NCBI GenBank assembly: GCA_963813335.1
Contig: CAWEYL010000002.1
Location: 66,923 to 130,922 of the forward strand
Origin: an uncultured Chloroflexia bacterium
Lineage (GTDB): Bacteria; Chloroflexota; Limnocylindria; Limnocylindrales; CSP1-4
Direction of reading: 5' to 3'
DNA length: 64,000 bases
Position 1 is the first letter of the stretch, and every line of letters begins with the position of its first letter. Below the pieces are notes generated by a model, which was given only the letters and a program-made list of their open reading frames with translations, searched no databases and was not told the origin of the DNA. Positions 1-10,962 of the stretch are shown piece after piece. A program made the translations under genes and the position numbers.

Positions 1-358
1 AGGTCACGATCGCCCGCGCGACCGAGGCGGACAGCGGCGTATGCACCAGCAGCCGGCCGACCCTCGCCGACCCGGCCGCGGGCATGGCCCGGATCAGGCC
101 GCCCTGGTAGCCGACGATCGGGTCGGTCAGGCCCAGCTCGCCGGCGAACCGCATCGCGCTCGAGACCATCCGCCCGGTCACCAGGGAGACCGCGACGCCC
201 CGGGCCTTGGCGGCGCGGACCGCTTCGATCGTCCGCGTCCCGACGACCAGGTCGTCGCCCACCAGGGTCCCGTCGATGTCGAGGGCGACCAGGCGGATCG
301 GGAACGCCGGGTCGGCCCCGCGGATCGTCGCGGCCCGCGTGCCGTCCTGGAGGCTCAT
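1..358 (-). CDS. Cof-type HAD-IIB hydrolase (3' part outside the window)
   Basis: Manual translation from ATG 358: MSLQDG...IRLVALDIDGTLV (HAD motif I DxDGT)...VTGRM (motif II). ATGA overlap with the prmC stop. Not in the ORF track. Confidence 0.85.
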   Translation of the reverse strand, partial: MSLQDGTRAATIRGADPAFPIRLVALDIDGTLVGDDLVVGTRTIEAVRAAKARGVAVSLVTGRMVSSAMRFAGELGLTDPIVGYQGGLIRAMPAAGSARVGRLLVHTPLSASVARAIVT

Positions 359-1257
359 CGCGGACCTCGATCGATGACGGCCACCCGCGGCAGGCCGGCG
401 AGGTCCAGCTCGACGCGGCATGTCCAGCCGTCGAGTCGCGCCCCGACCGCCGCGACGATCGCCTCGCCCTGGTCCGCCCCGATCTCGAGCAGCGCGATCC
501 CGTCGTCGGCGAGGACCCGCGGCAACAGGTCCAGCAGGCGGCCGATCACCTCGAGGCCGTCCGCCCCGCCGTCCAGGGCGAGGGGCGGCTCGAAGGTCGT
601 GGCGGCCGGGAGCGCCGTCATCGCGTCGGCGCGCACGTACGGCAGGTTGGCGACCACGATGTCCCAGGCGCGGTCCTCCGCCGGCGGGACGAGATCGGCG
701 GCCGTGAACCGCAGCCGATCGCCGACGCCATGCGCCACCGCGTTCTCCCGCGCCAGGTCGAGCGCGTCCGGCGAGATGTCCACGGCCAGGATCACGACCT
801 CCTCGGCCGGGACGCGCCGTCGGCGCAGATCGGCGGCGATGGCGATCACGATCGCGCCGCTCCCCGTCCCCACGTCGAGGACCCGGAGCTCCTGGCCCGG
901 TATGCGCCCGCCGAGGGCCAGCCGCCGCATGATCTCCTCGAGCGCGAGGTCGACGAGACGCTCCGTCTCCGGGCGCGGGATGAGCGCCCGGGCGTCGACG
1001 GTGAAGGCGAGCCCGTGGAACTCCTTGATGCCGCGGATGTAGGCGACCGGCTCGCCCGCCAGCCGCCGCTCGAGCGCGGCCCGGAACGTGCCCTCCGCGC
1101 CGGGCCCCACCGCCGCGTCGGGATGGGCCGTGATGGTGGTCCGCTCGACCCCGACGGCGTGGCCCAGCAGCAGCTCGGCATCGAGGCGGGGGGTCTCCAT
1201 GCCGGCCGCGCGAAGGCGTTCGATGGCCTCGGCGAGCAGCGGCGCGATCGTCGTCAC
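355..1257 (-). CDS. prmC: Release factor glutamine methyltransferase
   Basis: RRLAGEPVAYIRG, ALIPRPETE, LDVGTGSGAI, NLPY; lies downstream of prfA. Confidence 0.95.
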   Translation of the reverse strand: MTTIAPLLAEAIERLRAAGMETPRLDAELLLGHAVGVERTTITAHPDAAVGPGAEGTFRAALERRLAGEPVAYIRGIKEFHGLAFTVDARALIPRPETERLVDLALEEIMRRLALGGRIPGQELRVLDVGTGSGAIVIAIAADLRRRRVPAEEVVILAVDISPDALDLARENAVAHGVGDRLRFTAADLVPPAEDRAWDIVVANLPYVRADAMTALPAATTFEPPLALDGGADGLEVIGRLLDLLPRVLADDGIALLEIGADQGEAIVAAVGARLDGWTCRVELDLAGLPRVAVIDRGPR

Positions 1258-1270
1258 CGGCGGACCGCGC

Positions 1271-3538
1271 TCAGAGCCGGATCGTCACGTCGAGGTCGCC
1301 GACCTTGCGAAGGACCTCGGCACTCGTGGTCCCGCGCCAGCGGTGGAACAGGAGGTCCACCGACGCCTCGCCGACGCGCAGGTTCGTCAGCGTCACGCGG
1401 CCGAGCCAGTCGGGGAGGCGCGGGTGGCGCAGCTCCAGCTCGCCCCGGTCCGCGTGCGCCCGCACGCCCAGCATCGTCGAGAGGAAGAGGAACGAGGAGG
1501 CCGCCGCCCACGCCTGCGGCGAGCAGGCGACCGGGTACGGGACGGGGATGTGCGCGTGCTCGCGGTCGAAGCCGCAGAAGAGCTCGGGCAGGCGGTACTC
1601 GTCGAACCGCTGGGCCGCCTCCAGGACCTGGCTGACCACGCGGTTGGATGCGTCGTCGAAGCCATAGCGCTTCATCCCGGCCGCGATCAGCGACGTGTCG
1701 TGCGGCCAGACCGACCCGGTGTGGTAGCCGATCGGGTTGTAGCCGGGCTGGTCCTGCGCGTACGTCCGGATCCCCCAGCCGGAGAACATCGTCGGCCCGA
1801 GCAGCCGGTCCACGACATCGGCCGCCCGCTCCTGGCTGACGATCCCGGTCCACAGGCACTGCCCGGCATTCGAGCCGATGGCATCGGCCGGGCGCTTGTC
1901 GCGGTCGAGCGCCAGCGCGTAGTAGCGCTGGTCCTCCACCCAGAACGCGTCCTCGAAGCGCTGGCGCAGCGTCTCCGCATCTGCTTCCAGCTGGGTCGCC
2001 AGCGACGCGTCGCCGCGGACGCGGGCCAGGCCGGCCAGCCGCCGCTTCGCGTCGAAGACATAGCCCTGGACCTCGGCGAGCGCGATCGGCGGCACGGCCT
2101 CCGCCCCGTCGCGGTCGCGGATGGCGTCGCTCGAATCCTTCCAGCCCTGGTTCAGGAGGCCGCGCTCCGAGCGGCGCTCGTACTCGACGAACCCGTCGCC
2201 GTCGCGGTCGCCGTAGCGGTCGATCCAGTCGAGTGCGGCCATCGCATTCGGCCAGAGTCGGTCCAGCATGGCCCGGTCGCCGGTCCAGTCGAAGGTCTCG
2301 CCGAGGAGGATCAGCCACAGCGGCGTCGAATCCACCGAGCCGAAGTACGGCGTGTGCGGCAGCTCGCCGGCGCCCGCCATCTCGCCGGTCCGCAGCTCGT
2401 GCAGGATCTTGCCGGGCTCGGCGTCGCGGCGGTCGTCGACCTCCGTAGCCTGGTAGGCCGCCAGCACGGACAGCGTCTCCACCGCGACCTGCGGCCGGAA
2501 GGCGACGGACTGGAACGACGCGATGATCGAATCGCGTCCGAAGAGGGTCGCGAACCACGGGACGCCCGCCGCGATGTAGCGCTGGTCCGGTCCGGGACCG
2601 TCGTTGACGAGCAGCCGCAGGTCGTTCACCGAGCGGTGCATCACGAGGTCGAAGAGCTCGTGGTCGCTGTCGACGGTCGTCGTCCCGTGCTCCCACGCTC
2701 GATACGCGGCGGCCCCCTCGTCGCCCGAGACGTGCGGCGGCTCGGGGAAGAGCGACGCCGCGTCCGGCTCGGCGGCGGCATCGGGCGGGGTGGGTGCCGT
2801 GTCCGCCCAGACCGTCCATTGCAGCTCGCCGACGGCGCGCGGCTCCAGGACCATGTTCCAGCGCAGCCGCACCGTCGCGCCGGTGTCGAGCGGATCGGCC
2901 GGCATCGCCGCGACCTCGCCGATCTCGGCGGCCCCCTCCGAGAACGCCACGAACGTGCTGCGCCGCACGCCGTCGAGGCCGTCGTAGCGGAAGGTGATGC
3001 GATCCGGGGTGACCGCCACGGGCAGGAGCGTCCCGCGGGTGGCGCGCGGATACCCGCGCACCTCGAAGATGTCGGCGTCGTCCGCCCCCATGTCGATCTC
3101 GACCGGGATCGTGACCTGCCGGCTCGCGTGGTTGACGATGCGGAGGCGCTCCTCGAGGGCCCCGTTCCCGATCAGCCGGTCGCGCGAGATCCCGATCGTC
3201 CGCCCGACGAGGTCGTCGAGCGGGTGGACCTTCATGTCCGGGTTGCGGTCGGCCGACGGGTTGGTCAGCTGGATGCTGCCGCGGTAGTTGCCGCCCATCG
3301 ACCCCTGGAGGAGCACCGGTCGCTCGCCGCCGACGTGGAGCACGGAGCAGGACAGCAGCCGCGTGTCCGTGCGGTACAGGCCGAGGCCCCGCGAATCGGG
3401 GTGGATGTCGCCGAACTGGTCCGTCAGCAGGTAGACGTTGCCGTGCTTGAGGACCTGGACCGAGCCGAGGTCGGTCGCCCGCGCGATCGGCCGGACGCGC
3501 GGCTCGATGAACCGCACGGCGGCGTCAGGCGGCGTCAT
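1271..3538 (-). CDS. Amylo-alpha-1,6-glucosidase / glycogen debranching family protein
   Basis: [64 protein letters not shown]. Confidence 0.9.
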   Translation of the reverse strand: MTPPDAAVRFIEPRVRPIARATDLGSVQVLKHGNVYLLTDQFGDIHPDSRGLGLYRTDTRLLSCSVLHVGGERPVLLQGSMGGNYRGSIQLTNPSADRNPDMKVHPLDDLVGRTIGISRDRLIGNGALEERLRIVNHASRQVTIPVEIDMGADDADIFEVRGYPRATRGTLLPVAVTPDRITFRYDGLDGVRRSTFVAFSEGAAEIGEVAAMPADPLDTGATVRLRWNMVLEPRAVGELQWTVWADTAPTPPDAAAEPDAASLFPEPPHVSGDEGAAAYRAWEHGTTTVDSDHELFDLVMHRSVNDLRLLVNDGPGPDQRYIAAGVPWFATLFGRDSIIASFQSVAFRPQVAVETLSVLAAYQATEVDDRRDAEPGKILHELRTGEMAGAGELPHTPYFGSVDSTPLWLILLGETFDWTGDRAMLDRLWPNAMAALDWIDRYGDRDGDGFVEYERRSERGLLNQGWKDSSDAIRDRDGAEAVPPIALAEVQGYVFDAKRRLAGLARVRGDASLATQLEADAETLRQRFEDAFWVEDQRYYALALDRDKRPADAIGSNAGQCLWTGIVSQERAADVVDRLLGPTMFSGWGIRTYAQDQPGYNPIGYHTGSVWPHDTSLIAAGMKRYGFDDASNRVVSQVLEAAQRFDEYRLPELFCGFDREHAHIPVPYPVACSPQAWAAASSFLFLSTMLGVRAHADRGELELRHPRLPDWLGRVTLTNLRVGEASVDLLFHRWRGTTSAEVLRKVGDLDVTIRL

Positions 3539-4626
3539 CGGCGCCGGCGATGTCGTTGAGCCGGTCGGCCTGGTCGGCCATGACGAGCGCGTCGATGAGC
3601 GGGTCGATCTGGCCCTGCAGGACGCCCGGCACGTCGTGGACGGTCTGCCCGATGCGGTGGTCGGTGACCCGGTTGTCGGGGAAGTTGTAGGTCCGGATCT
3701 TCTCGGAGCGGTCGCCGGACCCGACCATCGAGCGGCGCGTCGCCGAGTCCGCGGCGCGCTGCTCCTGCTGCTTGAGGTCGAGCAGCCGCGAGCGCAGGAC
3801 CGACATCGCCTTGGCCTTGTTCTTGTGCTGGCTCTTCTCGTCCTGGATCTCGACCACCAGGCCGGTCGGCAGGTGCGTGATCCGGACGGCGGAGTCGGTC
3901 GTGTTCACCGACTGGCCGCCGGGCCCGGACGAGCGCTTGACGTCGATGCGGAGGTCGCGCTCCTCGTCGATCTCGACCTCGACCTCGTCGGCCTCGGGCA
4001 TGACGATCACGGTCGCCGTGGACGTGTGGATGCGCCCCGACGACTCGGTCGAGGGGACGCGCTGGACGCGATGGACGCCGCCCTCGAACTTGAGCCGGCT
4101 GTACGCGCCGTCGCCGGCGATCTCGACGATCGCCTCCTTGATCCCGCCGATGCCGGTCTCGTTGAGCGAGAGGACCTCGGCCGGGAACTTGTGGCGCGTC
4201 GGCATAGCGCAGGTACATCCGCAGCAGCTCGTTCGCGAAGAGCGCCGCCTCCTCGCCACCGGCGCCGGCCCGGATCTCGAGGATGACGTCGCGGTCGTCG
4301 TTGGGGTCGCGCGGCAGGAGCAGGACCTTGAGCTCCTCGAGCAGGCGCGTCTCGTCGGCCTCGAGCCGGTCGATCTCGTCGCGCGCCATCGCGTGCATCT
4401 CGTCGCCCGCGTCGCTCGCGTCGCGCAGCTCGCGCGCGCCGGCGAGCTCGGCCTGGACGGCCTGGAGTCGCCGGAACGCCTCGACCGTGGGCTCCAGGCG
4501 GGCCAGCTCCTGGCCGAGCCGGCGGATCTCGGAGGGGTCCGAGGTCACCTCCGGCCGACCGAGGTCGTTCTGGACCTCGTCGTATCGACGCGCGACCTCG
4601 GCCAGCTTCGCGTCGAGCTCGCTCAT
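3525..4626 (-). CDS. prfA: Peptide chain release factor 1 (one extra base near 4198, likely sequencing error)
   Basis: N-half MSELDAKL...[15 protein letters not shown]...MYLRYA in one frame. C-half [12 protein letters not shown] (PxT), [26 protein letters not shown] in the next frame. Confidence 0.93.
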
Positions 4627-5602
4627 GACCCCGACGGCGGGTCGCCCGGGGTCGGATGCCGCGGGCGGCGGGCCGGCTGCGCGGCCGAGCTGCATCGGCT
4701 CCCGCTCGAACGGGGTCGAGCCGTCCGGGATGGACTCGCCGTCGGCCTCGAGCGCCTGCTCCATCGACACGATGGCGACCTCGATCATGTCGTCGCTGGG
4801 CTGCTTGGTGGTGATCATCTGGACGAGCAGGCCCGGGTAGAGCAGGACCTTCACGACCGGGTTCTTGCGGTGGCGCGCCCCGAACTTGAGGAGCTCGTAG
4901 CCGACGGCGGCGATCACCGGGATCAGCACGATCCGGCTGAGCGATCATCACCGCCACGCTCTGCCGGCCGACCAGCGAGAACGCGAGGATCGAGAGCAGG
5001 ACCACGATGACCAGGAACTCGGTGCCGCAGCGCTGGTGGGCGGTCGGGTACTTGCGGACCTCGCCGACGGTCAGCGGGTCGCCGGCCTCGAGCGCGTGGA
5101 TCGTCATGTGCTCGGCGCCGTGGTACTGGAACACGCGGTGGATGTCGGGCGAGCGGCTGATGAGCACGAGGTAGCCGAGCAGCAGGGCCACCCGGATCAG
5201 CCCTTCGAACAGGTGCTGGACGAGGCCGTTGTCGACGCTCGCGGTGGTCACGCTCGCGATGAACAGCGGCAGCAGGAAGAAGAACCCGATGCCGAAGACG
5301 GCGGTGATGGTCAGCATCAGCGCGACGGACCAGCGGCCAAGCTCGAGGCCCTCGCCGCTGGCCTGCAGGTTCGCGCTGCGGATCAGCCAGCGCGTGCCGA
5401 CGACCAGCGTCTCGTAGAGGACGACCAGCCCGCGGACGAGCGGCCACTTCGACCACGGCTTCGCGTGGAACCCGGCATCGAGGCGCTCGGTCGCCCAGAC
5501 GATCTGGCCGTCGGGGTGTCGGAACGCGACCGCGATCGCGTCGCGACCGCGCATCAGGACGCCTTCCATGAGCGCCTGGCCGCCGTAGGTGTACGTGGGC
5601 AT
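4623..5602 (-). CDS. DUF1385 (YqhQ-like) membrane protein, with extra bases near 4940 and near 4650
   Basis: YGGQALMEGVLMRG, RVFQYHGAEHMTI, HQRCGTEF, GYELLK, QMITTKQP; typical rpmE-DUF1385-prfA/prmC context. Confidence 0.85.
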
Positions 5603-5691
5603 GTGCCGAAGTCTACCGGCCGGCCGGGAATCGGAACGGCGGGCCCGGAGGCCCGCCGTCGGTTCGTGTCCGGATGGTGGACGCGATGGGG

Positions 5692-5904
5692 CTAGCTGCG
5701 GACCTGGCGCTCGAGGCGCTTCTGGAAGCGCTCGACCTGGCCGGCGGTGTCGATGATGGTCTGCTTGCCCGTGAAGAACGGGTGGCAGTTGGAGCACACG
5801 TCGACGCGCAGCTCCGGTCGCGTGGACCCGACGGTCCACTCGGTGCCGCACGAGCCGCAGTGGACCTTGGCCTCGTAATACTTGGGATGGATATCGGGCT
5901 TCAC
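5692..5904 (-). CDS. rpmE: 50S ribosomal protein L31 (Zn-binding form)
   Basis: MKPDIHPKY...CGSC...[10 protein letters not shown]...GQVERF. Confidence 0.97.
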   Translation of the reverse strand: MKPDIHPKYYEAKVHCGSCGTEWTVGSTRPELRVDVCSNCHPFFTGKQTIIDTAGQVERFQKRLERQVRS

Positions 5905-5979
5905 GGTGTGTACTCCTCCGAACGCCGTCCGTGCAGGGCCATGTGCCCCGCCGGTGGTCGCCGGCTCGATCCGGTCTGG

Positions 5980-6255
5980 CTAGGCGCTCGCCGTCGCGGT
6001 CTCCACCGCGTCGACCCGGATGCGCTTCTTGTCCTTGGTGGCGTGCTCGAACTTGACCTTGCCGGTGACCGTGGCGAAGACCGTGTAGTCCTTGCCGAGA
6101 CCCGTGCCCGGGCCGGCGAGGAAGGTCATGCCGCGCTGGCGGACGATGATCGAGCCGGCGGTGACGAGCTGGCCGTCGCCGGCCTTGACGCCGAGCCGCT
6201 GGCCGACGCTGTCGCGGCCGTTCTTGACGCTGCCGCCCGCCTTCTTGTGTGCCAT
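5980..6255 (-). CDS. rpmA: 50S ribosomal protein L27
   Basis: [23 protein letters not shown]...IIVRQRG; ATG at 6255 follows the rplU stop at 6261-6263. Confidence 0.97.
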   Translation of the reverse strand: MAHKKAGGSVKNGRDSVGQRLGVKAGDGQLVTAGSIIVRQRGMTFLAGPGTGLGKDYTVFATVTGKVKFEHATKDKKRIRVDAVETATASA

Positions 6256-6260
6256 CTCGT

Positions 6261-6954
6261 CTACTCGTCCTTCTTGGTGGCCGGGGCCTTCTTCGGCGCC
6301 TTGGCCGGAGCCTCCGCCGCGTCGGCGGAGCCCGCCTTGGCCGTCGTCTTCGGGGCCGCCTTCGCCTTGGGCTCGGCGGCGGGCTTGGTCGTCTTCGTCG
6401 CGGTCGCCTTGGCGGGGGCCGCCTTGGCCGTCGTCTTGGTCTCGGTCTTGGCGTCGGCCTTCGCCGGCTTCTCGGCCGTCGCGGCCTTGGCCTTCGGCTC
6501 GGCGGCCGCGCGTGCCGACCGCGAGCTTGGCGGCGAGCTCGGCGTCCTTGGCGGCCTGGGCGTCGGCGGCCTCGACGGCCTTCCGGCGCTCGGCCGATGC
6601 GGCGGCCTTGGCCTTGCCGTCGGCCTCGGCGGCGCTCTTGCCGGCGAGCACGATGTCGCTGATGCGCAGGACCGTCAGCTCCTGGCGGTGGCCCTTCTTG
6701 ACGCGGCTGCGCGCCTTCGGGCGGTACTTGAAGGAGATGAGCTTCGGGCCGCGGGTCTGGGTGACGACTTCGGCGCTGACCGACGCGTTCTCGACCACCG
6801 GGCGGCCGATCGCGGAGGTGTCGCCGTCGGCGACGAGCAGGACGCGATCAAGGGTGATCGTCTTGCCAGGCTCGACGTCGAGAAGCTCGACCTCGAGCTC
6901 GGTGCCGACCTCGACGCGATACTGCTTCCCGCCGGTCTCGATGACTGCGTACAT
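6261..6954 (-). CDS. rplU: 50S ribosomal protein L21 with long Ala/Lys/Pro/Thr tail (extra base near 6518)
   Basis: [14 protein letters not shown]...KKGHRQELT. Removing one G restores the tail ...[20 protein letters not shown]...[16 protein letters not shown] ending at 6261. Confidence 0.92.
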
Positions 6955-7081
6955 GGGTCCTCAGGGATCTGTGTGATGCGACGGCGGGCGACGCGCGTGG
7001 CGATCGGGTCGTCGGACATGGGATGACGCCCGGCAGGGCCGAGGCGCGGACCGCGAAGTCTACGGCTCCACGCACGAATGG

Positions 7082-7809
7082 TCAATCGTGAGGGGTGTCA
7101 CCCTCCCCGGACAGGATGACGCGTTCGCGCACGATCTCCTCGATCACGAGGTCGTGGCTGAGCTCATCGGCGAGGGCGGCGACGACCTCCTCGGGGCGCC
7201 CGTTGCCGAGCTGAGGATCGAAGCGGGTGCGCACGCGAAGCACGACCGCCGGCCCGCCATCGACCACCTCGATCGATTCGAGCAGCGGCCGAAGGTCGTA
7301 GCGGATGCTCGAACCGCCCTTGTCGCGGGTCCGGAACAGGCTGCGGGCCGCCGATGACCCGTGCCGCCGCACCCGCGAGCGCGGGCGCGTCCACTCCCCC
7401 GCCAAGCACGATCCGGTAGTCCGCCGCGCAGACCGCGGCCGCGAGCGCCGGCGCCCCGAGCCACACGTCGACGAGGTCCGTCAGCGACCAGCCCGGCAGC
7501 ATCGCGCCGACCACGGCCTCCCGGGCACGCCACGCCGGCCAGCGCTCGACGAGCACGACGTCCATCAGCTCGGCCTCGGCCGCCATCCCGACCGGCAGCG
7601 GCGCCGCGAACGCGACCGGCGACTTCGGCTTCGACCCGGCGCCCGCGCGCGCCAGCGGCAGCCCGACGGCCGCCAGCGCCGCCTCCCACGCCTCGTTCAG
7701 CTCGCGACCCGCCAGTCGCGGAGCGTCCGGGACCGCGCGCGAGCGTGAGCCGCCATCGCTGACGCGGCTCGGGGATCGCCGCGGGTGCGGGCTCGGGAGG
7801 GGGGTCCAC
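7082..7809 (-). CDS. Radical SAM-linked protein (DUF2344/TIGR03936-like), extra bases near 7730 and 7352
   Basis: Three frame pieces: QRWRLTLARG / WEAALAAVGLP...VAFAAPLPVGMAAEAELMDV / KGGSSIRYDLRP...NGRPEEV. Confidence 0.7.
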
Positions 7810-7829
7810 GTCTGGTAGTCTGCGGCACG

Positions 7830-9083
7830 ATGGACGACCCCGCCCGTCCCGCTCCGACCCCATCGACGGGGGCGCTGACGGGGGCCGCGACCGGCGACGC
7901 GACGGTCGCCCTCCCACCACCCCCGTTCCTTCGGCCCGCGGTCGACGGCGACGCCCCCCGCTTCGTGCCGGTCTCGCCGCGCGTGGTCGTCCTCATCGCG
8001 GCCGCGGCGGTCCTCGGTCTCGTCCTGTGGATGGCGCGCGACAGCCTCCGCCCGTTCATCGTGGGGCTGCTGCTCGTCTACCTGCTCGACGGGCCGATCA
8101 ACCGCCTGGCGCGCCGCGGCGTCCGCCGCCCGCTGGCGATCCTCATCGTCTACGTCATCGCCCTCGTCGCCTTCGTCGCCTTCATGGCGATCACGCTGAC
8201 CCCGCTCATCAACGAGATCCTGCGATTCGCGGCGGATTTCCCGCACCTGGCCGAGCAGCTGAACCAGCGCATCCAGGACCTGTCCGATTACTACTCGCAC
8301 CTGCAGATCCCGCCGGCCATCCGCGACTGGATCGACTCGCTGATCGCGGGCCTCCAGAACGGCCAGCCGGGTGCCGGGCTTAACCTGGCGCTCCTGCTGC
8401 CGCTGATCACCGGCGCCGGCAGCCTGATCGGCGCGATCTTCGGTTACGTGATCCTGCCCGTTTGGGTGTTCTACCTGCTCAAGGACCGCGCGGCCCTCGT
8501 CAACGCCTTCGACCGGGCGCTGCCGGCCTCCTGGCGGTTCGACACGTGGGTCCTGCTGCGCACCGTCGAGCGCGTCTTCGGCCAGTGGGTCCGCGGCCAA
8601 CTGGTCCTCGGCTTCGCGGTCGGGGTCTTGACGTTCGTCGGGCTGATCATCCTCAGCCGCACGGTGGACCCGATCTTCGGCCGGTACGCGATCCTGCTCT
8701 CGGTGATCGCCGGTGTCCTCGAGCTGCTGCCGATCATCGGGCCGATCATCTCGGCGGTCCCGGCGGTCCTGCTCGCGGCCACGGTCGGCATCGAGGCGGT
8801 CGTCGCCGCGCTGGTCCTGTACACGCTGGTCCAGCAGATCGAGAACAACTTCCTCGTGCCCAAGATCCAGGGCGACGCGACGGACCTCCACCCGGCGGCG
8901 GTCATGTTCGCGATCATCATGGGCGGGGCGCTCGCGGGACTCCTCGGCGCGATCCTGGCGCTGCCCATCGCCGCCGCGGGGCGGGACGTGTTCCGCTACC
9001 TCTTCCGACGCATGAGCCCGGACGACCCCGAGGCGCTCGCGGCGCTGGTCGCCAAGGTGGGAGCGACGCCGGTCGATGGCTGA
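7830..9083 (+). CDS. AI-2E family transporter
   Basis: Multi-TM protein; QWVRGQL, ELLPIIGPIIS, QQIENNFLVPKI, LHPAAV, GAILALP. Confidence 0.92.
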   Translation: MDDPARPAPTPSTGALTGAATGDATVALPPPPFLRPAVDGDAPRFVPVSPRVVVLIAAAAVLGLVLWMARDSLRPFIVGLLLVYLLDGPINRLARRGVRRPLAILIVYVIALVAFVAFMAITLTPLINEILRFAADFPHLAEQLNQRIQDLSDYYSHLQIPPAIRDWIDSLIAGLQNGQPGAGLNLALLLPLITGAGSLIGAIFGYVILPVWVFYLLKDRAALVNAFDRALPASWRFDTWVLLRTVERVFGQWVRGQLVLGFAVGVLTFVGLIILSRTVDPIFGRYAILLSVIAGVLELLPIIGPIISAVPAVLLAATVGIEAVVAALVLYTLVQQIENNFLVPKIQGDATDLHPAAVMFAIIMGGALAGLLGAILALPIAAAGRDVFRYLFRRMSPDDPEALAALVAKVGATPVDG

Positions 9084-9693
9084 GGGCTTCGACCCGTACC
9101 GGGTGCTCGAGGTGGACCCGGAGGCGTCCGACGACGCCGTCAAGGCGGCCTACCGACGCCTCGCCCGTCGATACCACCCCGACCTGGCCTCCGAGACCGA
9201 TGCGGCTGCGAAGATGGCGGTCGTCAATCGGGCGTGGGAGCTCGTCGGCGAGCCGGCGGCACGAGCCCGCTTCGACCGCGACCGACGCCTCGGCCGGGCG
9301 AACCCCGGCATCGAACCACCGACCCCGACACCCGCGCCGCCGCCGCGGCCGCGCACGCCCCCGCCGCCCGAGCAGGTCTCGAGCGACTGGACCTCGGGCC
9401 GGTCGTCGGTCGGCGGCACGTACGACGACTCCATGCGCGAGCCCGACGGGCTCGGCGCGGCCGGTCCCCCGCCCGGCCGGCCGTCCGGGAGCGTCCTCAA
9501 CTTCGGCCGCTACGCGGGCTGGTCGCTGGGCGAGATCGCGCGCAAGGACATCGAGTACCTGGAGTGGCTCGACCGGACGCCCATCGGGCGGCCGTTCCGC
9601 GACGAGGTGGACGTCCTGCTGCGCAAGGCCGGCCGCCGCGAGTCGTCGACGACCGAGGCGACGGAGCGCCGCGGGCTCTACCGCCGGCGTTAG
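9076..9693 (+). CDS. J-domain co-chaperone with C-terminal DUF3820-like module
   Basis: DPYRVLEV...YRRLARRYHPD; C-terminal LNFGRYAGWSLGEI...EYLEWL. Confidence 0.85.
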   Translation: MAEGFDPYRVLEVDPEASDDAVKAAYRRLARRYHPDLASETDAAAKMAVVNRAWELVGEPAARARFDRDRRLGRANPGIEPPTPTPAPPPRPRTPPPPEQVSSDWTSGRSSVGGTYDDSMREPDGLGAAGPPPGRPSGSVLNFGRYAGWSLGEIARKDIEYLEWLDRTPIGRPFRDEVDVLLRKAGRRESSTTEATERRGLYRRR

Positions 9694-9796
9694 GAGATCG
9701 CGAGTGGTGCCGACGACCTCTGGTCAGGGCCGCGCACGCCGAACCACGTAGCCGGGCGTATCGGTCAGCGGGCGGACGCCTACGACGACCGGGGCG

Positions 9797-10957
9797 TCAC
9801 CACTCGGCGCGGGTCTGCCGGATGTTCACGCTCTGGATGATCCCGAGGCCGATGGCCATGCTCACGAGCGAGGCGCCACCGTGGGTCACGAACGGGAGCG
9901 GGATGCCGGTGATCGGCATGATCCCCATCACCATCCCGGCATTCACCACGATCTGGAAGATGATCATCGATGCCATCCCGGCCGCGAACATCGTGCCGAA
10001 GGGGTCGCGCGACTTCCAGCCCGACGCGAGCACGCGCCAGAGGAGCAGGAAGAACAGGGTGAAGGCCACCATCACGCCGATGAAGCCGAGCTCCTCGGCG
10101 AGGATCGCGAGCACGAAGTCCGTGGAGCTGACGGGGAGGAAGTCGCCCTGGGCCTGCGTGCCGTTGGTCAGGCCCTTGCCGATCCATCCGCCGGAGCCGA
10201 CGGCGATCTGCGCCTGGTAGAGCTGGTAGCCGGCCCCCTTGATGTCCGGGTCGGCGTCGAAGAACGAGAGCAGCCGCTGCTTCTGGTAGTCGAGGAGGAC
10301 ATAGGTCCACGCGATCGGCACGAGCGCGACGATCGAGGCGGTCAGCAGGCCCAGCCACTTGAGGCTCGCCCCGGACATCCAGAGCATGCCGGCCAGGATC
10401 GCGGCGAAGACCATCGAAGTGCCGAGGTCCGGCTGGAGCATGACGAGCGCGAGCGGCGGGAGGATCAGCACGCACGCCCCAAGGATCGTGCGCAGCGAAT
10501 CGAGCTTGCCGTTCCGGGCTGACAGGTATTGCGCGAGCACGATGATCATCAGGATCTTCGCGAGCTCGCTGAACTGGAACGTGAACGGCCCGAGCGCGAT
10601 CCAGCGCGAGGCGCCGCCGACGCCATTGCCGATCGCGAGCGTTAGCACAAGGAGCCCGAGCTGGAGTCCGTAGATGGGCCAGGCGAGGGTCTTCAGCCAG
10701 CGGTAGTCGAAGGCGGTCGCCACGATGAAGGCGACGACGGCCAGCCCGGCCCACATCAGGCCACGGGCGAAGGTGGTCTGGGCATCGAGCGGCAGGTCGC
10801 CGCTCTCGACGCTGTTCGTGTAGGCCATCACGAGCCCGATAGCGGCCAGCAGGCCGGCATAGGTCGTCAGCTGCAGGTCGAAGGCGCGCCACACCGCCCC
10901 GACGGACTTGGCAGCCCAGTCGGTGACGCGTGCTGGCTCGGCTCGGATGACGCCCAT
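9797..10957 (-). CDS. rodA: SEDS peptidoglycan polymerase RodA
   Basis: GASRWI, FQFSELAK, QPDLGT, TDFVLA.LAEELGF, PITGIPLPFVTHGG; downstream of PBP2. Confidence 0.93.
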   Translation of the reverse strand: MGVIRAEPARVTDWAAKSVGAVWRAFDLQLTTYAGLLAAIGLVMAYTNSVESGDLPLDAQTTFARGLMWAGLAVVAFIVATAFDYRWLKTLAWPIYGLQLGLLVLTLAIGNGVGGASRWIALGPFTFQFSELAKILMIIVLAQYLSARNGKLDSLRTILGACVLILPPLALVMLQPDLGTSMVFAAILAGMLWMSGASLKWLGLLTASIVALVPIAWTYVLLDYQKQRLLSFFDADPDIKGAGYQLYQAQIAVGSGGWIGKGLTNGTQAQGDFLPVSSTDFVLAILAEELGFIGVMVAFTLFFLLLWRVLASGWKSRDPFGTMFAAGMASMIIFQIVVNAGMVMGIMPITGIPLPFVTHGGASLVSMAIGLGIIQSVNIRQTRAEW

Positions 10958-10962
10958 CGTCC

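Noticed and set aside
3535-4929. Apparent DUF1385-RF1 fusion
   Set aside because: Removing one base near 4650 restores a TGA in an ATGA overlap with the prfA start, so it is probably an artefact. Reads should confirm.
5980-6954. Apparent L21-L27 fusion ORF
   Set aside because: It arises from the extra base near 6518. The corrected frame stops at 6261, and L27 needs its own N-terminus.
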